A program made the position numbers and the translations under genes. DNA of 64,000 bases from Somniosus microcephalus (Eukaryota), in the NCBI GenBank assembly GCA_052327205.1, contig CM126223.1:12462001-12526000 (forward strand). The letters are read 5' to 3'. The notes beneath the pieces were generated by a model, which was not told where the DNA came from, made no database searches, and was given only the letters and a program-made list of their open reading frames with translations. How positions within the stretch are numbered: position 1 is the first letter of the stretch; each line of letters starts with the position of its first letter. Of the stretch, positions 1-12,281 are shown piece after piece.

Positions 1-463
1 TTAACTGGCCTTCCTGGGCCGATAATGTCTTTGCTTTGTCACCGTAACTCGGTTTGTATATTGATCGGTCTGGAGATTGCCCTTGATGGCTGTTAAACGG
101 CTTTTCTTTGTACAGTAAATGGGTTTAAGTGTTCGTTCAATTGTCCGCCCATTTCTTGATGGGCCTCATCCTGCTACCCAAAACTGTCCTGTACTTAGAA
201 TCTAATCAATATGTATGCTCAGTTCCCTGAGTTTCGGTTTCCCGAAACTGGTTTTCGCGGGCTTAATGTCCTCAATCCACAAGCCTGTCTGACCTGCAGT
301 AACAGAAATTCAAGTGGTCCCAGAAGCTGGTCACGAGGTCCGGCAGCCATTTTGTGTGCCCTTTTATCAAAGGCTTCTCTGTACAAGCTTCTTTTGGTCA
401 ATAAAACTGTCTTATTAACCCTATTTTACTGCGTGATTATTAATGAAAATTTCGGATCTTACA
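1..463 (+). mobile_element. 3' part of an LTR (cut by window start), inserted into a CR1 LINE
   Basis: AATAAA at 400-405; ends ...GGATCTTACA at 463; CR1 RT coding sequence ([14 protein letters not shown]) starts immediately after. Confidence 0.55.
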
Positions 464-1775
464 ATGGGATAAAAGGGGCAGTAGCAGCATGGATACAAAA
501 TTGGCTACGGGATAGAAAACAGTTGTGGTGATTGGCTGTTTTTCGGGAGGTATACCGTGGCGTTCCCCCAAGGTTCAGTACTAGGACCACTGCTGTTTTT
601 GATATACATTAATGACTTGGACTTGGGGGTACAGGGCACAATTTCTAAATTTGCAGATGACACGAAACTTGGAAGTGTAGTAAACATGAAGATCGTAATA
701 GACTTCAAGAAGACCTAGACAGGTTGGTGGACTGGGCGGACACGTGGCAGATGAAATTCAACGCAGAAAGGTGTGAGGTGATACATTTCGGTAGGAAGAA
801 TGAGGAGAGACAATACACACTAAATGGTACAATTTTAAAGAGGGTGCAAGAACAGAGACACCTGGGGGTGTTTGTGTACAAATCTTTGAAGGTGGCAGGA
901 CAGGTTAGCAAAGCAGTTAATAAATCACATGGGATCCTGGACTTTATTAATAGAGGCAGAGAGTACAAAAATCATGAATTTATGATAAACCTGTATTAAA
1001 GAGAAAGACTTGCATTTATATAGCGCCTTTCACAACCAATGGACGTCTCAAAAGCGCTTTACAGCCAATGAAGTACTTTTGGAGTGTAGTCATTGTTGTA
1101 ATGTGGGAAATGCTGCAGCCAATTTGCGCACAGCAAGCTCCTACTAACAGCAATGTGATAATGACCAGATCCATCTGTTTTTGGTTATTTTGACTGAGGA
1201 AGAAATATTGGGCAGGACACTAGTTCGGCCCCAGCTGGAGTGTTGTGTCCAATTCTGGGCACCACACTTTAGGAAGGACGTGAAGGCCTTGGCGAGGGTA
1301 CAGAAGAGATTTACTGGAATGGTTCCAGGGATGAGGGATTGCAGTTACATGGATAGACTAGAGAAGCTGGGGTTGTTTTTAGAGTAGAGAAGGCTAAAAG
1401 AAGATTTGATAGAGGTGTTTAATATCATGAAGGATTCAGATAGAGTAAATAAAGAGAAACTGTTTCCAATGGCTGAACTGTCGATAACCAGAGGGCACAG
1501 ATTGAAGGTGATTGATAAAGAACCAGAGGCGACATTAAAAACTATTTAACGCAACGAGTGGTTAGGATTTGGAATGCGCTGCCTGATAGGGGGGTGGATA
1601 CAGATTCAATAGGAGCCTTCAAAAGACAATTGGATAAATACTTGAAGGAGAAAAAATTGCAGGGATACAGGGAAAGAGCCGGGAGTGAGACTAACTGAAT
1701 TGCTCTTTGAAAGAGACAGTGCAGACTCGATGGGCGAATGGCCTCCTGTGCTGTACAACTTTGTTTCTACGATTA
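464..1775 (+). mobile_element. CR1 LINE, degenerate RT and 3' end, interrupted by a SINE at ~1001-1216
   Basis: Motifs [49 protein letters not shown]; CR1-type 3' UTR. Confidence 0.9.
1001..1216 (-). mobile_element. Deu-domain SINE fragment (SacSINE1/AmnSINE-like)
   Basis: Reverse complement contains GAGCTTGCTGTGCGCAAATTGGCTGC...AAAGGCGCTATATAAATGCAAG; splits the CR1 coding sequence. Confidence 0.8.
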
Positions 1776-2044
1776 TATAATGCAGCGATGGGTAGGAGAT
1801 ACAAAGGAAGACAGAGGCCAAGAACTGGATGTGGCTGGTGAAGATTGCAAGAATAGGGTGGGGTGAGGCCATGTAGGAATTGTAGGTGACTATTCGATAT
1901 GTTGGTGACAGAGCCACAGTAGGTCAGGGGGTGTGGGGGGTAATGGGTCTTAGGGCAGGCGATTAAATGGTGGAGCTTTGGATAATTTGGAAGTTTATGA
2001 AGGTCAGGAGGCCATGAAGGAAGGTGTTGGAGAAATAGTCTAGA

Positions 2045-2403
2045 GCAGCACGGTGGCATAGTGGTTAGCACTGTTGCCTCACAGCGCCAGAGACCCGGGT
2101 TCGAATCCAGCCTTGGGCGACTGTCTGTGTGGAGTTTGCACATTCTCCCCGTGTTTGCGTGGGTTTTCTCCGGGTGCTCCGGTTTCCTCCCACAGTCCAA
2201 AGATGTGCGGGTTAGGTTGATTGGCCATGATAAATTGACCCTTAGTGTTAGGGGGATTAAATACGTGGGGTTACAGGGATAGGGTGGGATATGTGTTGGT
2301 GTAGGGGTTACGGGGATCGGGTGGGATATGTGTCGGTGCAGGCTCGATGGGCCGAAATGGCCTCTATCTGCACTGTGGGGTTTCTGTGATTCTGTGATTC
2401 TGT
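2045..2403 (+). mobile_element. HE1-type V-SINE
   Basis: tRNA-like head (A box TGGCATAGTGG, B box GTTCGAATCC), V-domain core TGTGTGGAGTTTGCACATTCTCCCCGTG, (CTGTGATT)n tail. Confidence 0.9.
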
Positions 2404-2615
2404 GTGGATAACAGATTTGGCAGCGTGTTGTGATCTGGAATGTGCTGCCTGAAAGGGTGGTGGAAGCAGATTCAATATACATTTCAGAAGGGAATTAGAT
2501 ATATACTTGAAAAAGAAAATTTTGCAGGGCAATGGGAGAAAAGCAGGGGAGTGGGACTAATTGGATAGCTCTTTCAAAGAGCCGGCATAGGCACGAAGGG
2601 CCGATCATTCTATGA
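2404..2615 (+). mobile_element. CR1 3' end fragment
   Basis: IWNVLPERVVEADS-type terminus; 3' UTR shared with other CR1 copies in the window. Confidence 0.75.
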
Positions 2616-2629
2616 TATGGGGTGAGGTA

Positions 2630-3120
2630 GGGGCAGAGGAGAGCAATGTTGTGAAGGCAATCTTGGTGATGAGTAGCGTATAGGGCTTGATATTCAGTTC
2701 TGGGTCGAACAGGATACCAAGATTACATACACCTTTCCTACCCCTCATAACATGGCTCAGCATCCATTTCTTTTTGTCATTTTTTTGCTCTTTATCCCCC
2801 ATCTACATTAAAGGTGCTATATCTGTTTAAAGGTGCAAGTAGTAATAGTAGAAGGAAGCAAGAGGGTGAAGTGCTGGAATAAGGATTAATTCCCAAGTAA
2901 TAAGGAAGGAGTTTCTCGATGCTGCTACCTCAGTGGTTTACCTGGGGCACTAAGTGGAACTTGTAGCCAGGAGGAGATGCTTTGATGAGGGAGAAGCAAT
3001 CACTGCTTGTGAGCCAGGTTCTTGTCGGGGTCAGGATGTCTATGATGAGGTTGTGGGTGGCGAGGGCCTTGTTTGTGAGGGAGCAAACATTCTGGAGGGT
3101 TAGGGGGCAATGAAATGGGC
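2630..3120 (-). mobile_element. Degenerate L2-like LINE remnants (endonuclease and RT)
   Basis: NVCSLTNK...TWL...PPGYKFH resembles an APE endonuclease N-terminus; CNLGILFDPELN resembles the L2 RT thumb region. Confidence 0.55.
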
Positions 3121-4201
3121 CAGGGAAGGGTTTAGTGGGGTTAACCCCTGGGCAGTGAGCTGCGTGGGACGGTTGCAAGAAGTGAATGAGGCAGTTTGAA
3201 TAATCTGGAGTAGGGCAATGATAAGTACCACAATGGGTAATGCACAGCACAGCAAGGGTGCAGCAGACACTTGGCTATGGTATTGTCCAAAAGAGACTCA
3301 AAGCCTGTGATGGCAACAGGGCATGACATTGGTTGAGGGGTAGGATTGGGCGGGGTGGGGGATTGAGTGAGGCATGCTGTTGGAAAGGGAACAAGGGCAG
3401 TAATGGGCTGCAGAAGCAGTAAGAGGTGGTCGAGAAAGAGGGTGTGGAGCAGGGCTGTGAGGTGGCCAGTTGAGTGATGAGAGGTCCAGGGTAGCAACAC
3501 TGGCAAACCTTAAATTACATTGTCGAGCAACAAAGTCTCCAGCACAGCCTTAGAGTTGGAGCTTGATGATTGGAAGCAACCAGTCCAGTGGTCAATCCAG
3601 CTGTGCTCTGCGAAGAATTTAGAGAAATTGTGGGCAGCTGAGCGAGCCAGCTAACACATGCAGTGGAGACACCTGAACAAGCTGGAGCAACAACAGACTG
3701 AGGCAACAATGGGCCACTTAACAACTGCACAAGGAGCAAAAGGAACATATAGTCGTGGAGACTTACCTTGTCTATTGACTTGCAGCCTCAATGATGGTGG
3801 GTCACAGTTGCTGGTGGGAAGATCACTGCATTGAGTTGGGAGCAGAAAGTGCTGTAGAACACGTCTGATTCTATTTATAATTCTTAAAAGGGACAGGCCA
3901 GACTAGCAGTTGCAAAACTGCAAATGTTAAATAAATACAGAAAATACAGAGCTGGTCAGCCAGTATCTATAAGGAGAAACGACAGGTTGAGATTTTGGGT
4001 GTGTGTATTCTTCATCATGAATGTAGCTTTAAATACAAAGCAAAATCTGGAATCTCAAGTCTCCAAATCTAGGGCAATTTAGAATAGATTGCCTGTCACC
4101 TATGCTGCAAATGTAAGTAAGAGGCTTTGGCTAGCTTCAGCTGCCAATTGGCTGCATTTATATGCTTTGTACAATCTTCATACTTGAGAGTAAGGAAACA
4201 G

Positions 4202-5677
4202 GCTGCCCACTTCGCCCACGCGCTGCCCACTTCTCCCACGCGCTGCCCACTTCTCCCACTCACTGCCCACTTCGCCCACGCGCTGCCCACTTCTCCCACG
4301 CGCTGCCCACTTCTCCCACTCACTGCCCACTTCTCCCACTCACTGCCCACTTCTCCCACTCACTGCCCACTTCTCCCACTCACTGCCCACTTCTCCCACT
4401 CGCTGCCCACTTCTCCCACGCGCTGCCCACTTCTCCCACTCACTGCCCACTTCTCCCACTCACTGCCCACTTCTCCCACTCACTGCCCACTTCTCCCACT
4501 CACTGCCCACTTCTCCCACTCACTGCCCACTTCTCCCACGCGCTGCCCACTTCTCCCACTCACTGCCCACTTCTCCCACTCACTGCCCACTTCTCCCACT
4601 CGCTGCCCACTTCTCCCACGCGCTGCCCACTTCTCCCACTCACTGCCCACTTCTCCCACTCACTGCCCACTTCTCCCACTCACTGCCCACTTCTCCCACG
4701 CGCTGCCCACTTCTCCCACTCGCTGCCCACTTCGCCCACGCGCTGCCCACTTCTCCCACTCACTGCCCACTTCTCCCACTCACTGCCCACTTCTCCCACT
4801 CACTGCCCACTTCTCCCACTCACTGCCCACTTCTCCCACTCACTGCCCACTTCTCCCACGCGCTGCCCACTTCTCCCACTCACTGCCCACTTTGCCCACT
4901 CACTGCCCACTTCTCCCACTCACTGCCCACTTTGCCCACTCACTGCCCACTTCTCCCACTCACTGCCCACTTCTCCCACTCGCTGCCCACTTCTCCCACG
5001 CGCTGCCCACTTCTCCCACTCACTGCCCACTTCTCCCACTCACTGCCCACTTCTCCCACTCACTGCCCACTTCTCCCACTCACTGCCCACTTCTCCCACT
5101 CGCTGCCCACTTCTCCCACGCGCTGCCCACTTCTCCCACTCACTGCCCACTTCTCCCACTCACTGCCCACTTCTCCCACTCACTGCCCACTTCTCCCACT
5201 CACTGCCCACTTCTCCCACTCGCTGCCCACTTCTCCCACGCGCTGCCCACTTCTCCCACTCACTGCCCACTTCTCCCACTCACTGCCCACTTCTCCCACT
5301 CACTGCCCACTTCTCCCACTCACTGCCCACTTCTCCCACGCGCTGCCCACTTCTCCCACTCACTGCCCACTTTGCCCACTCACTGCCCACTTCTCCCACT
5401 CACTGCCCACTTTGCCCACTCACTGCCCACTTCTCCCACTCACTGCCCACTTCTCCCACTCACTGCCCACTTCTCCCACGCGCTGCCCACTTCTCCCACT
5501 CACTGCCCACTTCTCCCACTCACTGCCCACTTTGCCCACGCGCTGCCCACTTCTCCCACTCACTGCCCACTTCTCCCACTCACTGCCCACTTCTCCCACG
5601 CGCTGCCCACTTCTCCCACGCGCTGCCCACTTCTCCCACTCACTGCCCACTTCTCCCACTCACTGCCCACTTTGCCC
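4202..5677. repeat. 20-bp minisatellite, ~74 units of C(A/G)CTGCCCACTT(CT/CG/TG)CCCAC(T/G)
   Basis: Exact 20-bp periodicity with no indels; variation limited to three positions. Confidence 0.98.
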
Positions 5678-6059
5678 GTTCAGATAGGAAACAGCTCCAT
5701 CTGGTTGGCTGTAGCTGCCGTTCTTTTGCTGTCTATTTTGTTGCTTCAAAATTGATAACCTTGTGCTATTTCTGTGTGTGGGCGTTGTATTACAGTCGGT
5801 TTTAAAACCAGTGATGTAAAACGAACCCAAGGATTCCAAGAAAAGTGGTCATTTTTGTTGATTATAATAATTGCTAGAGGCTATATTGTTTTTCAAATCT
5901 CTTGTCTGCCCTGTTAAACATCAATGCAGTACATTTCATCATTTTCCCTGTATGTTTGGATTTCTTTCTTCATATTCCACCAAATCTGACACAGCATAAG
6001 TACGGCCATAGTATGAGTTTATTCGTCTTCGATTGGAGATGATGCATTTTGGAGGGTTC

Positions 6060-6310
6060 TGATGGTCATACATTTGGGTTCTGGGGCACGTCTATTACTA
6101 TACCATTCCACGACACCTCTAGGGCCACTCAGAGCCTCTCCTTCAAAGATCTGGAAACGCCCCCAGCAAGGCCAAGAAGCACCTGGCTCTCAATCGTGAC
6201 AGCTGACCTCAGGCCCCAGAAGGTAGGGATCTCCTCTGCCATGAGGAGAGCCAAGGGCTGTGAGAGATGAAGGCCTATGATCCATCACGCCAAGCTCTGA
6301 AGGAGTCTGC
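6060..6310 (+). mobile_element. Possible RTE LINE 3' remnant
   Basis: PPARPRSTWLSIVTADL...AMRRA resembles the RTE C-terminal GRPR..W...DL motif. Confidence 0.35.
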
Positions 6311-6519
6311 TACAATGGCCTGACCTGTTACTCCAGTTGGCTGTGTTGGGCCTTCTATATTAAAATGATTCATCCATTTTTAATCCTCCTCCTCCTCCTC
6401 CTCCTCTATCTCAAAGATAATTACCCGTTCTTTTACAAAATCATCTACCCTAGCAAGCTAACTGAGATCAATATTGTTTTTCTAATCTCTTCTCTGCCCT
6501 CTTAAATATCAATGCAGTA

Positions 6520-6785
6520 CAGGAAACTCTGTTTTATCCGGCACCGACGGGACCGGCGTGCTGCTGGTTGATCAAAAAGTCTGGATTACCGAGAGGTATA
6601 CTTACTAAGGTTCGAGAGCCCCGTACATGGCCACAGATCCAGGCATCCCTGTTGCATGGCAACAGGTGCAGGAACCCCGGTTACATGGCCACAGATCCAG
6701 GAACCCCAGTTATACGGCCACTAATATGAAGTAAAACTTACCTGAACCTACTCCTGAATTTTGCCGGTAAAAAGAGAGCTTTCTG
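6520..6785. mobile_element. Tc1/pogo (Tigger-like) MITE, copy 1
   Basis: TA|CAGGAAACTCT ... AGAGCTTTCTG|TA (imperfect TIR, TA duplication); second copy at 40598-40882. Confidence 0.8.
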
Positions 6786-7609
6786 TACATGGAGGTTAGT
6801 GGGCTCCTCAGAGGGGGAAAGAATATTTGGGTAATGGTTGCGAATGCAGTTTTGAGGCCTTTGCAAAAGTTCTGTGCAGCATTGTCAGCTTGTACGAGGG
6901 TCTGAATTCCTGCGAGCCAGAGGTTTGTTCTCGCCCATCCCCTCTCAGGCGGTTTACTTCTGTTCCTGGTGGATACTTGTACTGTGTAGAATTTCTCTCA
7001 CCAAACACTGAGAGTAGATAACGAAATTGACTGCAGAGCTGACAGTGAGCCAGCAGATGGGATGCCTGAGTCAGGGTAATTGTTTAATATTGTCCCACCC
7101 AAGTACAGTTGTATTTTTATCCTGTAGTTATGCAGCAGACTTGATAAACATCCTTGGAAACCTAGGGGCAAACTAAAAGCCACATTCCTGTAGTTTGTCT
7201 TTAGTCCCCACCCAGATTACCAACCAGAGTTGACACATTCCTTAACATTGCTCCATCTGACTAATTCACTGCCATTTGACAGCTCGGTAAATAGAATATT
7301 GCACAATGTTTTACAGACAAAATTCTTGTTCACAAAAATACTATCAACTGAAACAGTAATTTACCTGACTCCAACTTTCTCCCAGTGCCTTTTTACTTGC
7401 TATAAAATTGCAGCTTCTACAGGCAAGGCCGCACTTTCTACGATCGGAAAGCTAACCTGTGTGTGGGACATTGAGAAAACAATCCTCCCTTAGACTGTAA
7501 AGGTGCTACTTGATAGCACATAGGACTCCACTACGCCTTACGTCACTTTGGCTACACCAGACACCTTCCGTAACAGGCTGAATTGGGAACAGGAGTAGAA
7601 CATTCATTG

Positions 7610-7760
7610 ATAGCAAAATACTGCGGATGCTGGAAATCCGAAATAACAACAGAAAATGCTGGAAAAACTCAGGTTTCGACCTGAAACGTTGACTCTATTT
7701 CTCTCTCCACGGATGTTGCCTGGCCTGCTGAGTTTTTCCTGCGTCTTCTGTTGTTATTTA
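7610..7760. mobile_element. Short inverted-repeat element (Penelope pLTR/MER6-like remnant)
   Basis: AAATAACAACAGAAAATGCTGGAAAAACTCAG ... CTGAGTTTTTCCTGCGTCTTCTGTTGTTATTT are inverted arms. Confidence 0.5.
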
Positions 7761-8269
7761 GAACATTCATCCCCTTGAGTCTGTTCCACCATTGGAATAT
7801 TGAACAGTGCACTGAAGGAGCTTATAGACAGATTGCAATAGGTTAATCAAATATTCAGTCTTGTTCCTCAGCACAAATAGAACATAATGTTTGTAAGAAT
7901 TAAGTAAACACAAGAGCTTAATTCCTCCATGGCAAAATGTGCTCATTTTTCTACACGTTAAATTTATTTGATTTTGAGGATAGCGTTTGAATTACCTTTT
8001 TAAAATTTACCATTAACGAGAAAAATCATGGACAAAATATTCCATTTTTGGCGTATCACCATCTGAGCAAGGACGATTGTTTGGAATAGGGAGGTAGTCT
8101 GGGTTGTATGTAGGAGGGGTAGTGACATTAGTTCCCCAATAGCTTGGTGAGTAAATGAGCTGTGTGATGCTGAGTAATCAGGATCAAGAAGGTCATCCTC
8201 CTCAGTGAATTATTTTCACAACACTGCTTTCTCTAATTTCCATTCCTGCATGTCTGAACACGGCCATTA

Positions 8270-8800
8270 CATCTCCTTGAACAACATTTCCTCCCACACC
8301 TGTATGGTTGCCTCTGCTGCGCCTCATGGCTTCATGCTCGGTCTCCGTTTACTTTCCATCTACATGGTACAAGCATCTCGTAGTGATGTCACACCACCTA
8401 ATTCTAGCGCTCCGCCATTGACTTCAGGGCTGTTGCTGTGCTATCCAACTGCCTGTCAAACATCCAGCGCTGGATACGCCAAAATCTCCTCAGCTGAACG
8501 TCTGCAAAACTGAAACTGCCACCTTCGGTTCACGTCGGCACCCTGTGTCACCTCCAGCTCCCATCAACCTTGCCAGCTATTGGCTCAAGCCGAAGATGCC
8601 ACACAATCTTGCCTTTGACCCTATATCGTGGTACTTGTACTCAGGATTTTGGCAGTGGAGGGAAAGGTCTAATACCGGCCAGCATCGCAAGAATCGATTT
8701 CTCAAATGTTTTTTGTTAGCCTCTTCATTCCCCATCCCTCACAAACTTCAGTTAACCCAGAACTCTGCAGCCCATGTCCTACACACCTATCAACCTTACC
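8270..8800 (+). mobile_element. Old L2-like LINE RT remnant
   Basis: Degenerate PHGFMLG..L.SIYM (PQGSVLGP-like) and HKLQLTQNSAAHVL motifs. Confidence 0.5.
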
Positions 8801-8836
8801 CCACCATCAAAGGCCAATATTCTGCACACTCTCCCC

Positions 8837-9150
8837 CAGCACGGTGGGCATAGTGGTTAGCACTGTTGCCTCACAGCGCCAGGGACCCGGGTTCGAATCT
8901 GGCCTCGGGTGACTGTCTGTGTGGAGTTTGCACATTCTCCCCGTGTTTGTGTGGGTTTCCTCCGGGTGCTCCGGTTTCCTCCCACAGTCCAAAGATGTGC
9001 GGGTTAGGTTGATTGGCTATGATAAATTGACCCTTAGTGTTAGGGGGATTAAATACGTGGGGTTACGGGGATAGGGTGGGATATATGTTGGTGTAGGGGT
9101 TACGGGGATCGGGTGGGATATGTGTCGGTGCAGGCTTGATGGGCCGAAAT
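8837..9150 (+). mobile_element. HE1-type V-SINE
   Basis: Near-identical to 2045-2403; 3' tail truncated. Confidence 0.9.
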
Positions 9151-9549
9151 GCACTGTTTCTCTTTGCAACACTCTCCCAAAACCACTTTGCCTTCCTAGC
9201 TCTCCTCTGCTTAAAATCTAACTCTTCCACCATATTTTTGTGCCTGTTCTTCTGCTCTCCCTTTACTCCTTCCCATCTCTTCTGTGTTGCCTCTCCATTT
9301 TTCCACGTGAGGGCCACTCTATACATGCCTATTGTCATTCAATCATAGAATGTTATAACACATGAACAGGCCAGTTGACCCATCAAGTCTGCAGATATTT
9401 TCACCACCTAGTCTTAATTTCACTCTCCTACTCACTCTCCCTACCCTTTAACATTCTTCTGTTTCAAGCAACTGTCTGATTTACTTTTAAATTAACCAAG
9501 GTTGACAACAGCACCTCCCTCCCCTGTAATCTCTACCATCAGTAAGGAT

Positions 9550-9812
9550 AAGAACAGCAATGTTCCACGTTCCCCTCCAAGTCACACACTACCCTGACTT
9601 GGGTATATATCACCGTTCCTTCATCATCACTGGGTCAGAATCCTAGAATTCCCTATTTAGCAGTATTGTCAGAACACGGTCACCACATGGACTGCCGCAG
9701 CTCAAGGAGTAGGCCCACCACCACCGTCACCGTCACCATCTCAGGACAACTAGGGATGGGCAATTAATGTAGCCTTGCCAGTGATGCCCGCATCCCAAGA
9801 GCAGATTTTAAA
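9550..9812 (+). mobile_element. 3' end of the CR1-like family seen at 19375-21147
   Basis: CCCCTCCAAGTCACACAC... matches the end of the 19-21 kb element; followed by its 3' UTR. Confidence 0.7.
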
Positions 9813-11427
9813 AGAATATGAATTTATGGAGTCTGCTTCAACTAATGCCATTACCATTCTGTGCTGTGTTGGGTTAGTCCCCAATCTCAACTGTGGTGGG
9901 AGTGCTGCAATTGGGTAGGGAGGGGAAAAATCAATCAATTCATGCACCTAATCATCAGCCAATGACCACTGATGTGATTGTATGTGGACTATTGATGCAT
10001 ACAGGATTGAGCTTGTTTGTGACTCCTTCCGTGGGTAAATAGTCTGTTAGCAAACACTCTCCAGGCTTCAGGCGCCAGAGGGCTGCTGGGCTATACTCTG
10101 GATTGGACATTATCTGCAGCAAATGAGGTGGATGAATTGGCAATGCTTTTTAAAATATTGGTCACGTGCAAAATTTGAGTGTCTCATCTTGCCCCCCCAC
10201 CCCCCTCCAAGCTCTACTCTTAGTAGTCGTGTAATGTTAAACAGCCTCAAAAGGAGGATGTTGGTAAAAGATGTTTCCATGGAGACCCTACTTTGGAAAT
10301 GGTCCAGGACTATGTTTCATAAAGAAATCAGCCTTGTACCTGCTCTCCAGATAGTCACAGCACGAGTGTCACTTACACAGTCAGCATATTTGTCACGGGA
10401 TTAAAGTGTGCGAAATTCAACACATATGCAGAGAACAGGCAGCTAACTCCCGTCGATCAGAATCATTTGATGTGAATTCTGGGATAATAATTCAGATGCC
10501 AAAGACTCGACCATTCCCATCAATCCCTCCACCATCACCAGGGAAGCTGAAAGTATTCTGTAGCAAGAAGCAAATTCTGCTTTTCAATGAGATGAGAGAC
10601 CGTGGAAGGAATGCCGGGGAGTCGAGTGAAGTTTTCAATAAATATTATTAAATATCTTTTTAGAAATAGTTAGCATTAACTTTTATCTTCTTACATTCCT
10701 CTTTCTTAAAAATATAGGTGTTTAAGTAGCGAGTGTGGTTAGTGCCAGAGACTGGCTCGAAGGAGGTTCTGAGCCCAGTACTGCGAGGGAGTTGTATTAT
10801 CATCAGTACACATGCCTCATTAACTCAGAAAGAAGACCTCAGTGTTTGTGTGGTCTCAGCCACATGGGATCAGAATTTAACTCCCTCGCATTTCTTGACT
10901 CAGCTCCTCAAAGCAGCACCACTGATGGCATCAGCACTGACAGGATGAACCAATCTCTTTTTAAAACAAAATGCGGGGGGTAAACTGAGAGTTAATGATA
11001 ATTTGTATCTGCGTCATTTTACAAAGAATGCAGATGGCAAGACTCTCCTTTTGTAGTTTTGTCCTAGATTAAAGAAACGTATCTGATCACTGAGATATTC
11101 CACTCATTATACTGTTCCACATTGATAGAATGTGCAGCAAGTGGGGCATTAAAGAAAAACAAAGCAGCGACTTTGCACTTCTGGTCTAAACCTAGGTGAT
11201 TCCACCGTTTGCGAATGAACAGGGCTTCTAGTCCAGGAAGTCTGTCAACCGGATGGTTGATAAAGATCCCTAATGTATCAGTAGTACAGTAAAAGAAATT
11301 TCCCTCGTGCTGCTATTTGGACTATCCATCAGTGTGTGACATGGTGAAGGTCACCATAACCAAATGCTATGAGCGGTGTTGTTGGCATGTTTCAGTGCAG
11401 TAGTGAGGACATGCTGCATTCTCAGAG

Positions 11428-12041
11428 GTGCTTTCCTTCATTAGCCGAGGCATAGAATATAAGAGCAGGGAGGTTATGCTTGAACTGTACAAAATGCTAG
11501 TTAGGCCACAGCTAGAGTACTGCGTGCAGTTCTGGTCACGACATTACAGGAAAGATGTGATTGCACTAGAGAGGTTACAGAGGAGATTTACGAGGATGTT
11601 GCCAGGATTGGAGAATTTTAGCTATGAGGAAAGATTGGATAGGCTGGGGTTGTTTTCTTTGGAACAGAGGAGGCTGGGGGGAGACTTGACTGAGGTGTAT
11701 AAAATTATGAGGGGCCTAGATAGCATGGATAGGAAGGATCTATTTCCCTTAGCAGAAGGGTCAATAACCAGGGGGCATAGATTTAAAGTAATGGGAAGAA
11801 GGATTAGAGGATAGTTGAGGAGATCTTTTTTCACCCAGAGGGTGGTGGGGGTCTGGAACTCACTGCCTGAAAGGGTGGCACATTTAAAAAGTACTCGGAT
11901 GTGCACTTGAGGTGCTGTAACCTACAGGGCTATGGACCAAGAGCTGGAAAGTGGGATTAGGCTGGGCAGCTCTTTTTCGGCCGGCACAGACACGATGTGC
12001 CGAATGACCTCCTTCTGTGCCATAAATTTCTATGATTCTAT
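11428..12041 (+). mobile_element. CR1 LINE 3' fragment
   Basis: [18 protein letters not shown]...TRGHRFKV; (TTCTATGA)n-type tail. Confidence 0.9.
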
Positions 12042-12044
12042 GGG

Positions 12045-12281
12045 TCATTAAACCGAGGTCCTGTTCTAACTCTTCCAGGTGAACATTAAAGATCCCATGG
12101 CACTGTTTGAAGAAGAGCAAGCGAGTTCTCCTGATGTCCTGACCAACCTTCTTCCCTCAACCACCGGCACTAAAACCAGATGAACCACTCACTCACCTCA
12201 TTGCTGTTCGGGAGATTTGGCTGTGCGCTGCCTACATAACAATAGTCACTGCATTTCAATGTGATAAATGTATGTGAAGTG
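12045..12281 (+). mobile_element. Deu-domain SINE fragment, host of the Rex1 insertion
   Basis: TTAAACCGAGG...AAAGATCCCATGGCACTGTTTGAAGAAGAGCA core shared with other copies. Confidence 0.7.

Noticed and set aside
2045-2120. tRNA gene (also at ~8840, ~27270, ~48900)
   Set aside because: tRNA-derived SINE heads that continue into the V-domain core.
4202-5677. CRISPR-like array
   Set aside because: Contiguous tandem units with no unique spacers, no cas genes, and vertebrate context; the same applies to 56004-56611.
4127-5805. ORFs of 542, 547 and 251 aa
   Set aside because: Artefacts of a stop-free 20-bp repeat that is open in all three plus frames.
5884-6519. ~50-bp direct repeat (5884-5933 and 6472-6519)
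   Set aside because: Probably degenerate old LINE sequence or a local duplication; no element structure.
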